Positions 16,110-24,945 of a stretch of 41,845 nt of DNA are shown piece by piece. The position numbers and the translations under genes are program-made. The notes under the pieces were generated by a model, which was given only the letters and a program-made list of their open reading frames with translations, had not been told where the DNA came from and made no database searches. Every line of letters begins with the position of its first letter. The first letter of the stretch is position 1. Source of the DNA: a virus (Duplodnaviria > Caudoviricetes); IMG/VR virus record IMGVR_UViG_3300012940_001438, positions 1-41,845 of that record, one strand, 5' to 3'.

Positions 16110-16205
16110 GTAGGGGTGGGGGGGGTCAAAAGTTTGAGGCATTTTGCGCCTAGACCATGCCCCCCTCTCTGTACGCAAAATCGGGAAAAATGGGGAGGGG
16201 GGTAT
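16110..16205. other. Probable cos packaging region
   Basis: G-tract GGGGGGGTCAAAAGT...CTAGACC...C-tract between HNH and terS, the usual cos position in HNH/P27-terminase phages; exact nick site not determined. Confidence 0.55.
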
Positions 16206-16219
16206 AAGACAAAAGGAAG

Positions 16220-16744
16220 ATGAAAATGGCTGGAAACTCTGCTTCAGGCCGCAGATCGCTGCCGGCCAACGTGCATGTGCTGCGCGGTAATCCGTCGAAA
16301 AAAAACTTGAATGACTTGCGTGGCGGACAGGTTCCCTGGGCCGAGGTGGCCACATTGCCTGAACCGCCTGTGCATCTGAGTGAAGTTGCAAAACAGCGCT
16401 GGCATGAAGTCGCCGAAGATTTGCACACCCTTGGATTGCTGGGTCGTTTGGACCGCGACGAGCTGGCTGTGTACTGCCAGGCTTATGGCGACTGGGTGAG
16501 CTACCGCGAGAAAATCGACGAGCAGGAGCGCAAGTTTTCGGAAGGCCACGTCCTCATCACGAAAAATGGCTTTCAACAGATAAGTGCCTGGAAGACGCTT
16601 GAGAAACAAGCAATTGAAATGATGCGATCTGCCGGCAACTCCTTTGGTATGAATCCTGCGGCACGAGCTAAGCCAGTGGCTACGCCGGCGCAGGGAGAGT
16701 TATTCGAGAACAATGAGCAGCGAACCGCAGCAAAATATTTCTGA
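16220..16744 (+). CDS. terS: Terminase small subunit (P27 family)
   Basis: LRGNPSKK, PPVHLSEVAKQRW, LAVYCQAY, FGMNPAAR. Confidence 0.92.
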   Translation: MKMAGNSASGRRSLPANVHVLRGNPSKKNLNDLRGGQVPWAEVATLPEPPVHLSEVAKQRWHEVAEDLHTLGLLGRLDRDELAVYCQAYGDWVSYREKIDEQERKFSEGHVLITKNGFQQISAWKTLEKQAIEMMRSAGNSFGMNPAARAKPVATPAQGELFENNEQRTAAKYF

Positions 16745-18440
16745 TCGGGCTACCGCGTATGCGCAGGCCGTTGTTGATGGAAAGATTGTTGCTGGTCCGC
16801 ATGTGCGCAACGCTTGTAAAAGGCATTTGCGGGATCTGGAGACTGCCGAGCAGCGCGGACTGTACTGGGATCTTGAGGCCCAGGCGCACGTAATCGGGTA
16901 CTTCGAAGAGGTGCTTTGCCTCAATGGCGGTCAATTTGAGGGCGTACCGTTCAAGGTGCTTGGCTGGCAGGCATTCGTGCTCGGTTCGCTTTTTGGCTGG
17001 AAAACGGCTGCCGACGGTACCAGGCGCTTTCGTGTTGCTTACGTAGAAACGGGCAAGGGTTCTGGGAAGTCACCGCTGTCTGCCGGGATCGGTTTGTATG
17101 GCATGACATCGGACGGTGAGCCGCGTGCAGAGATTTATGCGGCTGCCGCGAAGAAAGATCAGGCCCAGATCTTGTTCAGGGACGCGATTGCGATGGTCGA
17201 CCAATCGCCTTTGCTTGCTGAGCGTCTGGACAAATCGGGCGGGCGAGGGAAGGAATGGAATCTCGCACACATGGAAAGCGGATCGTTCTTCCGCACCTTG
17301 AGTTCGGACAAGGCTCAGTCAGGCGCACGGCCACATATTGGTTTGCTGGACGAAATCCACGAGCACCCAGACGCACACACGGTTGAGATGTTACGTGCCG
17401 GCACCAAGAGCCGGCGCCAGGCACTGATCTTCATGATCACCAATAGTGGTCATGATAAACATACTGTCTGCTACGACTACCACGATTATGGTTCGAAGGT
17501 GGCGAGCGGCATGCAGGAGGATGATTCGTTCTTTTGTTTCATCTGCGCGCTGGATGAAGGGGATGATCCGTTTCAAGACGAATCATGCTGGATTAAAGTC
17601 AACCCGAGTCTGGATGCTGGCATTCCAGGCGTCAAGTACCTGCGGGAACAAGTGACGCAGGCCCGAGGCATGCCATCGAAAGAGGCTGAAGTCAAGCGCG
17701 TGAATTTCTGCGTCTGGACTGAAGCGGCCGCGCCGTGGATCTCGGCAGATATTTGGCTTGGCTGCGAAGACAAGACGAAGCGCACGCTGGCCGACTATTA
17801 CGGGCGCCCTTGCTGGGCTGGGCTCGACCTGTCGAGTACCCAGGATTTGACCGCCCTGGTGTTGTTATTTGAGCCATTTGAGTCTGATCAGTACTGGCGC
17901 ATTAAGCCGTACTTTTGGCTGCCAGGCGACGACTTGCGTAGAAAGGCCGAGCAGGACCGCGTGCCATACCTATTGTGGCGCGATCAAGGTTACCTCGAAG
18001 CGCTAGATGGGAAGGCGGTGAACCGGCACGCTGTGCTTCGTCGGATTTGCGACCTTGCTGCGAATGTCGATATTCAGGGTTTGGCCTATGACGCATGGCG
18101 CATCAAGGATTTGACGGACCTAGCAGACCACGAGGGCTTGAGCTTACCGCCTCTGGTGCCGTTCGCGCAAAGTTACAAGGTTATGGCGCCAGCGCTGGAT
18201 GAGTTCGAGATGGCTCTAATAAACAAGACCGTGCGGCACGATGGCAATCCGGTCATGACCTGGTGCGCTTCGAACGCGGTAACCAGTAAAGACTCCGCTG
18301 GAAATAGGAAAGTGGCGAAAGACAAAGCGATCGGCAGGGTCGATGGCATTGTCTCTGCGGTCATGGCCTTCGGTACTGGGCGACTCTCTGAAAATACCGG
18401 CCCGTCTGTGTATGAAGAACGCGGCCTCAGGATGATTTAA
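16713..18440 (+). CDS. terL: Terminase large subunit
   Basis: Walker A GKGSGKS, Walker B LLDEIHEH, nuclease GLDLSSTQD and RVDG. Confidence 0.96.
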   Translation: MSSEPQQNISDRATAYAQAVVDGKIVAGPHVRNACKRHLRDLETAEQRGLYWDLEAQAHVIGYFEEVLCLNGGQFEGVPFKVLGWQAFVLGSLFGWKTAADGTRRFRVAYVETGKGSGKSPLSAGIGLYGMTSDGEPRAEIYAAAAKKDQAQILFRDAIAMVDQSPLLAERLDKSGGRGKEWNLAHMESGSFFRTLSSDKAQSGARPHIGLLDEIHEHPDAHTVEMLRAGTKSRRQALIFMITNSGHDKHTVCYDYHDYGSKVASGMQEDDSFFCFICALDEGDDPFQDESCWIKVNPSLDAGIPGVKYLREQVTQARGMPSKEAEVKRVNFCVWTEAAAPWISADIWLGCEDKTKRTLADYYGRPCWAGLDLSSTQDLTALVLLFEPFESDQYWRIKPYFWLPGDDLRRKAEQDRVPYLLWRDQGYLEALDGKAVNRHAVLRRICDLAANVDIQGLAYDAWRIKDLTDLADHEGLSLPPLVPFAQSYKVMAPALDEFEMALINKTVRHDGNPVMTWCASNAVTSKDSAGNRKVAKDKAIGRVDGIVSAVMAFGTGRLSENTGPSVYEERGLRMI

Positions 18441-18442
18441 CG

Positions 18443-19708
18443 ATGAAATTATTTGAATGGTTCGGGCGAAGAGATGAGCCCGAGGCATCGTCACGTCCGG
18501 AAGTTAATGCGCAGTATGCAGGCATCGAGTTCACAGGGTTGGATGATCCGAGGTTGCTGGAGTTCATGCGTCATTCAGTGGCGGGTGCAGAATATGGCCG
18601 GTATTTCAAACGCTTGCAAAATATGGCGTTGCTCAGATGTGTGTCGCTGATTTCCGAGGCCATAGGCATGTTGCCGCTAAATCTCATTGAGCGTGGCACG
18701 GAACGAAGAGTTGCTAAGGAACATCCTGTTCACCGGTTGTTAAAGGTTCGTCCCAATGGCTGGCAAACACCCTATGAATTCAAGTCCTTGATGCAGATGC
18801 GCGTGCTCATGGATGGCAATGCCTACGCGAGGATTTTGTATACCGGCACACGTCCTATTGCAATGATACCGCTCGCGTACGACCGAGTGAAGGTCAAACA
18901 GTTGGCTGATTGGAGCCTTGCATACGATTACACCCGCGACGACGGTCAGGTGGTCCGATTGAAGGCTTCCGAGATGTTGCATCTTCGAGATCTGTCCAGC
19001 GATGGAATTGTAGGTATGTCGCGTGTGAGGTTGGCACAAAGTGCGCTGGAGATCGCCAGTGACGCGCAGACCGCTGCAATGCGACTTTTCAAGGACGGCG
19101 TAATGGCGGGTGGTGCATTGTCTGCACCAAAAGAGCTTTCCGATAAGGCATATGCGCGGCTGCAGAAGTCAATGCTGGAAAAGTCTGGTGCTGAAAATAA
19201 CGGCCAATTCCTGATTCTTGAGGAAGGATTGACAGCCGAACGCTGGGCAAATACTGCGGTGGACGCACAACACGTAGAAAACCGCAATCATCAAATTGAA
19301 GAAATTGCGCGTGCATTTGGTGTTCCTCGACCGCTTCTGATGATGGATGACACGTCCTGGGGCAGCGGAATCGAGCAACTGGCGATCTTCTTTATCCAGC
19401 ATTCACTGATGCACTGGTTCACGGTCTGGGAGCAGGGCGTTGAGCGTTCGCTGTTGACCGAGAAGGAAATCGGCCAGTACAGCGCCAAATATAACGAGCG
19501 TGCATTGATGCGCGGCACGCTCAAGGACCAGGCTGACTTCTTTGCTAAAGCCCTGGGCTCTGGTGGTCATCCTGCCTGGATGAGCCAGAACGAAGTACGA
19601 GATCTTCAGGATATGCCTGAAGACGACGGTCCGACCTCGGATCAACTGATTACATCCTCAAACAAAGGGAAAACGAGCAATGAGTCTCCTGAACCTACCC
19701 GAAATTAG
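18443..19708 (+). CDS. Portal protein (HK97 family)
   Basis: RPNGWQTPYEF, GNAYA, EIARAFGVP, SQNEVR. Confidence 0.95.
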   Translation: MKLFEWFGRRDEPEASSRPEVNAQYAGIEFTGLDDPRLLEFMRHSVAGAEYGRYFKRLQNMALLRCVSLISEAIGMLPLNLIERGTERRVAKEHPVHRLLKVRPNGWQTPYEFKSLMQMRVLMDGNAYARILYTGTRPIAMIPLAYDRVKVKQLADWSLAYDYTRDDGQVVRLKASEMLHLRDLSSDGIVGMSRVRLAQSALEIASDAQTAAMRLFKDGVMAGGALSAPKELSDKAYARLQKSMLEKSGAENNGQFLILEEGLTAERWANTAVDAQHVENRNHQIEEIARAFGVPRPLLMMDDTSWGSGIEQLAIFFIQHSLMHWFTVWEQGVERSLLTEKEIGQYSAKYNERALMRGTLKDQADFFAKALGSGGHPAWMSQNEVRDLQDMPEDDGPTSDQLITSSNKGKTSNESPEPTRN

Positions 19709-20525
19709 AGCCGAACACGCGTTGTCTAAGGCGCAGTTCGATACCCGCCAGGACGCAATGGAACGTTGGCATCCGGAATTCCGTGCTGCGGCTGAGGACG
19801 ATAACACAATTTCGATCTATGACCCGATTGGCGAGCGTTGGGACGGCAATGGCGTGACCGTCAAACGGATCAGCGCTGCGCTGCGGTCTATTGGTTCAAA
19901 GGATGTTGTTGTCAATATTAATTCACCCGGCGGTAATTTCTTCGAAGGCGTATCCATCTACAACGCTTTGCGGGAGCACAAGGGAAAGGTGACTGTGCAG
20001 GTGATGGGTCTGGCTGCCTCGGCTGCTTCTGTCATCGCTATGGCGGGCGATGAGATCAAGATGGGCGATGGTACGTTCTTGATGATCCACAACGCCTGGG
20101 CAGTCGCTGTTGGAAATCGCCATGATTTCCAAAGTGTTGTTGAAACCCTCGAGCCCTTTGATGCAGCCATGGCGCAGGTGTACGCGGCCCGTTCAGGATT
20201 GGAAGTCTCGGCAATTGTCGCCATGATGGACAAAGAAACGTGGATCGGCGCCCATAAGGCCATCGAAGATGGCTTCGCAACGGGTTTGCTCGATTCCGCA
20301 CAAGTCAAGAAGGACGCCAGCGCCTCGACTGAAACGCGGGCGCTCGCATTGGTCGAGGCCTCGATGGCCCAGGCCGGGTACACACGTTCTGAACGTCGGG
20401 ATGTGTTGAAAAATCTTTTCTCCAGCAAGCCGGGCGCTGCTGGCAGCTCTACCACGCCGAGCGCTGGTAACAAACCGTTCGCAGATGATCTGCGCACACT
20501 ACTCAATACTATTCAAGGAAATTAA
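19680..20525 (+). CDS. ClpP-like prohead protease
   Basis: INSPGG, GLAASAASVIAMAGD, LMIHN, ETW. Confidence 0.94.
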   Translation: MSLLNLPEIRAEHALSKAQFDTRQDAMERWHPEFRAAAEDDNTISIYDPIGERWDGNGVTVKRISAALRSIGSKDVVVNINSPGGNFFEGVSIYNALREHKGKVTVQVMGLAASAASVIAMAGDEIKMGDGTFLMIHNAWAVAVGNRHDFQSVVETLEPFDAAMAQVYAARSGLEVSAIVAMMDKETWIGAHKAIEDGFATGLLDSAQVKKDASASTETRALALVEASMAQAGYTRSERRDVLKNLFSSKPGAAGSSTTPSAGNKPFADDLRTLLNTIQGN

Positions 20526-20526
20526 C

Positions 20527-21747
20527 ATGAAACCAGCAAATCTCGTGCGTGGCTTGGTGAGTGTTCACGCGGAAGCCAGTCCGACAGAACTCATCAATGC
20601 ATTGAACACGGCATTCCATGAGTTTAAGACCGAACATAAGAAGCAATTGGACGGCATGAACGATTCTCTCCAGAAAATTAAAGTGGAGCGAATTAACGAA
20701 GAAATCTCAAATCTGCAATCGGCAATCGATACGGCCAACGAGAAAATCGCAGGCATGCAAATGAACGGTGGCGGTGCCGGTGGTCTTAAAGATCCCGAAT
20801 ACACGGATTCTTTCGTGGCCCACTTTAAGAAAGGTGATGTTCAAGCGGCCCTCAATAAGGGTGTAGCGGAAGAGGGTGGCTATCTTGCGCCCATCGAATG
20901 GGATCGCACGATCACCGATCGCCTGGTTCAAATTTCCCCTATGCGCTCTATCTGCTCAGTCCAGAAGTTGGGCAAGGCTGGATTCTCTAAGTTGTTTACC
21001 GAACGCGGAACCACTTCTGGTTGGGTGGGTGAGACAGATTCACGCCCGCAAACTGCAACGAGCAAATTCCGCAAACTCGAATACACCAGTGGTGAGATTT
21101 ATGCAAATCCGGCCGCGACGCAGCAAATGCTCGATGATGCGGAAATTGACCTGGAAGCGTGGCTTGCGCGTGAGGTGGACACCGAGTTTGCACTTCAGGA
21201 GGGAGTAGCGTTCATTTCCGGGGATGGTGTCAATAAGCCGACTGGTCTGCTGACATATATCGTCGGCGGTGCAAATGCTGCAAAGCATCCTTGGGGAGCG
21301 ATTGAAACCATCGACAGTGGCGCTGCCGATGCAGTTACTTCGGATTCAATTCTGGATTTGATCTACGGCCTGCCTGGCGAGTACACCGGGAATGCGCGAT
21401 TTACCATGAATCGCACCACTATGGGTCAAATTCGCAAATTGAAGGATGGACAGGGCAATTACCTGTGGCAGCCGTCTGCTCAGGCGGGCCAACCGTCTTT
21501 GCTTTCCGGCTATCCCGTCACGGAAATGGCTGGAATGCCGGACGTCGCGGCTGGCTCAACGCCAATCATGTTCGGTGACTTCTTGCGGGGCTACCTGATT
21601 CTGGACCGCACCGGTGTGCGTGTGCTGCGTGACCCGTTCACCAATAAGCCTTATGTCCATTTCTACACCACCAAGCGTGTCGGCGGCGGTCTGCTTAACC
21701 CAGACGTGCTGAAGGCCTTGAAAATCGGCGAAGCTACAGCGCCTTAA
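20527..21747 (+). CDS. Major capsid protein (HK97 fold)
   Basis: EGGYLAP, GWVGE, KLKDGQGNYLWQP, FGDF, RVGGG. Confidence 0.96.
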   Translation: MKPANLVRGLVSVHAEASPTELINALNTAFHEFKTEHKKQLDGMNDSLQKIKVERINEEISNLQSAIDTANEKIAGMQMNGGGAGGLKDPEYTDSFVAHFKKGDVQAALNKGVAEEGGYLAPIEWDRTITDRLVQISPMRSICSVQKLGKAGFSKLFTERGTTSGWVGETDSRPQTATSKFRKLEYTSGEIYANPAATQQMLDDAEIDLEAWLAREVDTEFALQEGVAFISGDGVNKPTGLLTYIVGGANAAKHPWGAIETIDSGAADAVTSDSILDLIYGLPGEYTGNARFTMNRTTMGQIRKLKDGQGNYLWQPSAQAGQPSLLSGYPVTEMAGMPDVAAGSTPIMFGDFLRGYLILDRTGVRVLRDPFTNKPYVHFYTTKRVGGGLLNPDVLKALKIGEATAP

Positions 21748-21812
21748 TTCTGGTCAGGTAGTTATGTAAGGCGTGACACTGCATTTTAGTGTCACGCCCA
21801 TAGGAGTCTGTA

Positions 21813-22007
21813 ATGAACAATTTTGTAAAGCCTTTTCGTGGCGTGCCTTTGGGCCAGATCTACCCGGTGACATTTAATCCAGGCGATGTCTGTCCGGATG
21901 AATTGCTGACTGCCGCCGTTCAGGCTGGGGCCGTGGCCACGAAGAAGCCTGCGAAGGCAGAGAAACCGGACGGTAAGTCTCTATTTGCTGATAAGCAGGA
22001 AGTCTGA
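21813..22007 (+). CDS. Small head-associated hypothetical protein
   Basis: AGGAG SD; immediately after the capsid gene. Confidence 0.7.
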   Translation: MNNFVKPFRGVPLGQIYPVTFNPGDVCPDELLTAAVQAGAVATKKPAKAEKPDGKSLFADKQEV

Positions 22008-22008
22008 C

Positions 22009-22353
22009 ATGAAATTTCTGACGTTGCCTGAGGTGAAAGCGCACTTGAAAGTGACCTCGGCTGTTGAGGATGCGCTGATCACCCTGTATGTGGAGGCCGC
22101 TGAGGACAATTGCATCAAGTATTTGAACCGAGATGTGTATGAATCGCAGGAAGCCCTCGAAGAGGCTGTTACTGATGAAAATCCGGGCCGTGACCCCATG
22201 GTGATCAGTGCAAGCACGAAAGCGGCGATCTTGCTGCTTGTTGGGCATCTATATGAAGGGCGCCAGGACATTACGTCTGAGTCTCAATTTGTGGCCATTC
22301 CGAAGAATTCTCGCTGGTTGCTGTGGCCGGACCGGATTTTGCCGGGGGTGTGA
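22009..22353 (+). CDS. Head-tail connector (HK97 gp6-like)
   Basis: LPEVKAHLKV...EDALITLYVEAA...AILLLVGHLYEGR. Confidence 0.9.
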   Translation: MKFLTLPEVKAHLKVTSAVEDALITLYVEAAEDNCIKYLNRDVYESQEALEEAVTDENPGRDPMVISASTKAAILLLVGHLYEGRQDITSESQFVAIPKNSRWLLWPDRILPGV

Positions 22354-22721
22354 TGGATATCGGGAAACTCGATACGTACGTCCGGATTGACAAACCTGGC
22401 GCACCTAACAGCATCGGCGGCAGTTCACCGGGCTGGAGCCCTGTCGATCATTGTTGGGCGAGCATTCTTGCCGGCTCTGGCCTGGAACGGGTGAAAGCCG
22501 GTATTGAACTGAGTTCGGTCAATGTCAGCATTCGGATCCGATACATACCTGGGCTAGATGCGACGATGCGTATTGTTTCGGTCGATATGGTGACGGATCC
22601 CGAGACCGGTTTGCTAGTCGACCAAGATCTGGAAATCTACGAAATCCTGGCTGTGCCACCCAAGGCAAACCGTTCGGGTTACTTGGATTTGGTATGTCGG
22701 GCGGGCGCAAATGACGGCTGA
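22353..22721 (+). CDS. Head closure / head-tail adaptor
   Basis: MDIGKLDTYVRI...WASI...IRIRY; position after the connector. Confidence 0.85.
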   Translation: MDIGKLDTYVRIDKPGAPNSIGGSSPGWSPVDHCWASILAGSGLERVKAGIELSSVNVSIRIRYIPGLDATMRIVSVDMVTDPETGLLVDQDLEIYEILAVPPKANRSGYLDLVCRAGANDG

Positions 22722-23184
22722 GGTGCAAGGGCTCAAAGAGCTATCGCGTGCGATGGGCATGCTTAAGAAAAGCATTGCAACCAGGACGGCGAAGCGGGCA
22801 TTGTCTGCCGGCGCTGGGCCGATTGCCAAGCGTGCGCGTAAGAATGCACCTGTCCTTCAGGAGCCGACAGCGACCCGCAAAAAGGGGACGATCAAGAAAA
22901 ACATTCGTGTCAAGGTGCGGAAACGGCGTGATGGGCAATACGAGGCGACCATCTGGGTAAAAGGCCTGGGCAAGAAGAAAATTGAGCTGTTCAAACAGGA
23001 GACAGGGAAAGAGGGGAAGGATAATCCCGATGACCCATGGTACTGGTGGTTCCAAGAATTTGGTACCGCGGAACATCCTGCACAACCGTTTATGCGGCCG
23101 GCATTTGAAACCGAGAAAAACGCCTCGCTGGACGCCATTGCCGGCAAATTACGGGAAGATTTGAAAAAAATGGGTTTGACATGA
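22711..23184 (+). CDS. HK97 gp10-like tail completion protein
   Basis: VQGLKEL...WWFQEFGT...AQPFMRPAF. Confidence 0.9.
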   Translation: MTAEVQGLKELSRAMGMLKKSIATRTAKRALSAGAGPIAKRARKNAPVLQEPTATRKKGTIKKNIRVKVRKRRDGQYEATIWVKGLGKKKIELFKQETGKEGKDNPDDPWYWWFQEFGTAEHPAQPFMRPAFETEKNASLDAIAGKLREDLKKMGLT

Positions 23185-23516
23185 TTGAAGAACGAATTAA
23201 AGAGGCGCTTGACCCGGTGGTAGGCGGCAGGGTGTTCTTTCAAGTTATGCCATCCAGCCAGGCGACTTTCCCGGTCATAGTTTACCGGACGATCAATACC
23301 GATCCGAATAACACCATATGTGGCGCCAGCGACGAAGACGCCAGGGTAGAAATCAACCTGGTCAGCAACGATTCAATGCATGTAGTGCAGCTGCGCCCGG
23401 CGGTTTTCGATGCGATCGAAGCTGTGTTCGCCGGTGCTGAGCGGGTGACAGATTTTGACGGTTATGAACCGGACTCGAAGCTCTACCGGCGAATTATTGA
23501 ATATACGTTGGATTGA
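23181..23516 (+). CDS. Tail terminator (DUF3168-like)
   Basis: FPVIVY...YEPDSKLYRR; position before the tail tube gene. Confidence 0.8.
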   Translation: MIEERIKEALDPVVGGRVFFQVMPSSQATFPVIVYRTINTDPNNTICGASDEDARVEINLVSNDSMHVVQLRPAVFDAIEAVFAGAERVTDFDGYEPDSKLYRRIIEYTLD

Positions 23517-23527
23517 AGTTTTTGCAT

Positions 23528-23573
23528 AGCGCCTCTGTGGCGCTTTTTTTATGCCCGCTTTCGGGCTTTTTTT
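23528..23573 (+). terminator. Tandem intrinsic terminators before the major tail gene
   Basis: AGCGCC/GGCGCT plus T tract, then GCCCG/CGGGC plus T tract. Confidence 0.75.
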
Positions 23574-23588
23574 ATTGGAGATATGGAA

Positions 23589-24257
23589 ATGTCCAAAGCG
23601 TCGACAGTTAAATTTAAGGGTTCCGTAGTGCGCTTTCAGCGCGCCGATGGGGCCGCCCCGTCAACCGCCGTTACAGCGGTGACGGCAACCAATCCAGCAA
23701 CAGTGTCCGCCACCGGCCTGACCGTCGTTCGCGGGGATGTGTTAATCCTGCAGGGATTGGCAGATTTCGACGGTTCGTACGTCGTATCCAGCGTGGAGTC
23801 AGGGGTTGCCACTATTGCAGCTGATTGGTCTGGCAAGACGGTACCGACAGATTATGAGAACGCAGTGGCAGGAAAAGCAGTGTTCTCGCAGGAATTTTGC
23901 CAATTGAAATCCTTTCAGAAATCGGGTTCTACCACCGATCAGGAAGATGTATCGACAATTTGCTCCGTCGAGGGCAAGGATTACGAGTCCGGCGATCGCG
24001 AAGAGGGTACCGCCACATTGCAGTTTTGGTACGACATGACCAATCCGGTGCAGGAATTGCTCGAGGACTATGAGTTCTCCGGTGATAAGTTCTGGACTCG
24101 CATTGAGCTGCCGAAAAACAAGGGTGTCGTCTTGTTTAACGGCAATATTGAAACCGGGCTGAACATGGATGGCCAGGTCGGTAGCCCTGGCCGTTGGGAT
24201 TCAGGGGTTGCAATCAAGATCTCTGGCCGCCGGTACAACGTTAAACCGGAGGCGTAA
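23589..24257 (+). CDS. Major tail (tube) protein
   Basis: Position before the chaperones; VTAVTATNPATV...EDVSTICS pattern; GGAG SD. Confidence 0.85.
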   Translation: MSKASTVKFKGSVVRFQRADGAAPSTAVTAVTATNPATVSATGLTVVRGDVLILQGLADFDGSYVVSSVESGVATIAADWSGKTVPTDYENAVAGKAVFSQEFCQLKSFQKSGSTTDQEDVSTICSVEGKDYESGDREEGTATLQFWYDMTNPVQELLEDYEFSGDKFWTRIELPKNKGVVLFNGNIETGLNMDGQVGSPGRWDSGVAIKISGRRYNVKPEA

Positions 24258-24646
24258 TGAGCAAGAAGGCTGAGTTTCTGAAGCAGAACAAGCCTAGGGT
24301 CAAGTCCGTGCCGGTGGATGGTCGAACCATCTACCTGCGCGAATCGACCATTGGCGACAACAATTTTGTTCTCTTTGAGCGTCGGGCATTCCTGATTGCT
24401 CTGGCCGAGAAGGCGGGCGAGCAGTTTGATTTCTCCGATGAGGCCGATGTTGAAGCGAAGTTGCGTCGGTACCCGGACAAATTTGCATTGGCTCGTGGCG
24501 CGGCAATGCGGATTTGTGATGAAAACGGTGAATTGTTGTTCGATGCTACGGATCAGGACGATTTGGCAGCTCTGAACGGTCTAGGTGATTCAGTTTTGAA
24601 CGCCATTCACGGTGATCCGGACAAAAAAAAAGAGGGCGAATCTTAG
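24257..24646 (+). CDS. Tail assembly chaperone (gpG-like)
   Basis: RICDENGELLF; ends near an A9G slippery run. Confidence 0.85.
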   Translation: MSKKAEFLKQNKPRVKSVPVDGRTIYLRESTIGDNNFVLFERRAFLIALAEKAGEQFDFSDEADVEAKLRRYPDKFALARGAAMRICDENGELLFDATDQDDLAALNGLGDSVLNAIHGDPDKKKEGES

Positions 24647-24924
24647 ACGAGCGACAGAGGTTCCTGTGCAACCTGGCTATTTGCTTGGGGAGATCCCTGG
24701 AAGAGCTTGATGCGTTGCCAGAAACCGAGCTTGATATATGGCGGGGTTTCTATGATGAGCAACCGTTTGGGATGTGGCGCGACGATCTGCGTACTGGGAT
24801 CATCGCGTCCACAATTGCCAATACAGTTTCCTCTCGTACGTTGGCGCCAGCGGATTTCATGCCGTTTGAGAAACGGCCGGATGAAGATTTTGGTGATCTT
24901 ATTGATGGTTCGGTCGATGTATGA
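24623..24924 (+). CDS. gpT-like extension reached by -1 frameshift
   Basis: The -1 frame is open from the A run: RGRILDERQRFLCNLAICLGRSLEEL...PFGMWRDDLRTG...DFMPF. Confidence 0.85.
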
Positions 24925-24945
24925 CCATTTGATATTGGGTGATTT

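Noticed and set aside
16113-16202. G-tracts as a G-quadruplex element
   Set aside because: G/C runs are usual around cos sites of this phage type, and the tracts are far apart; no added evidence.
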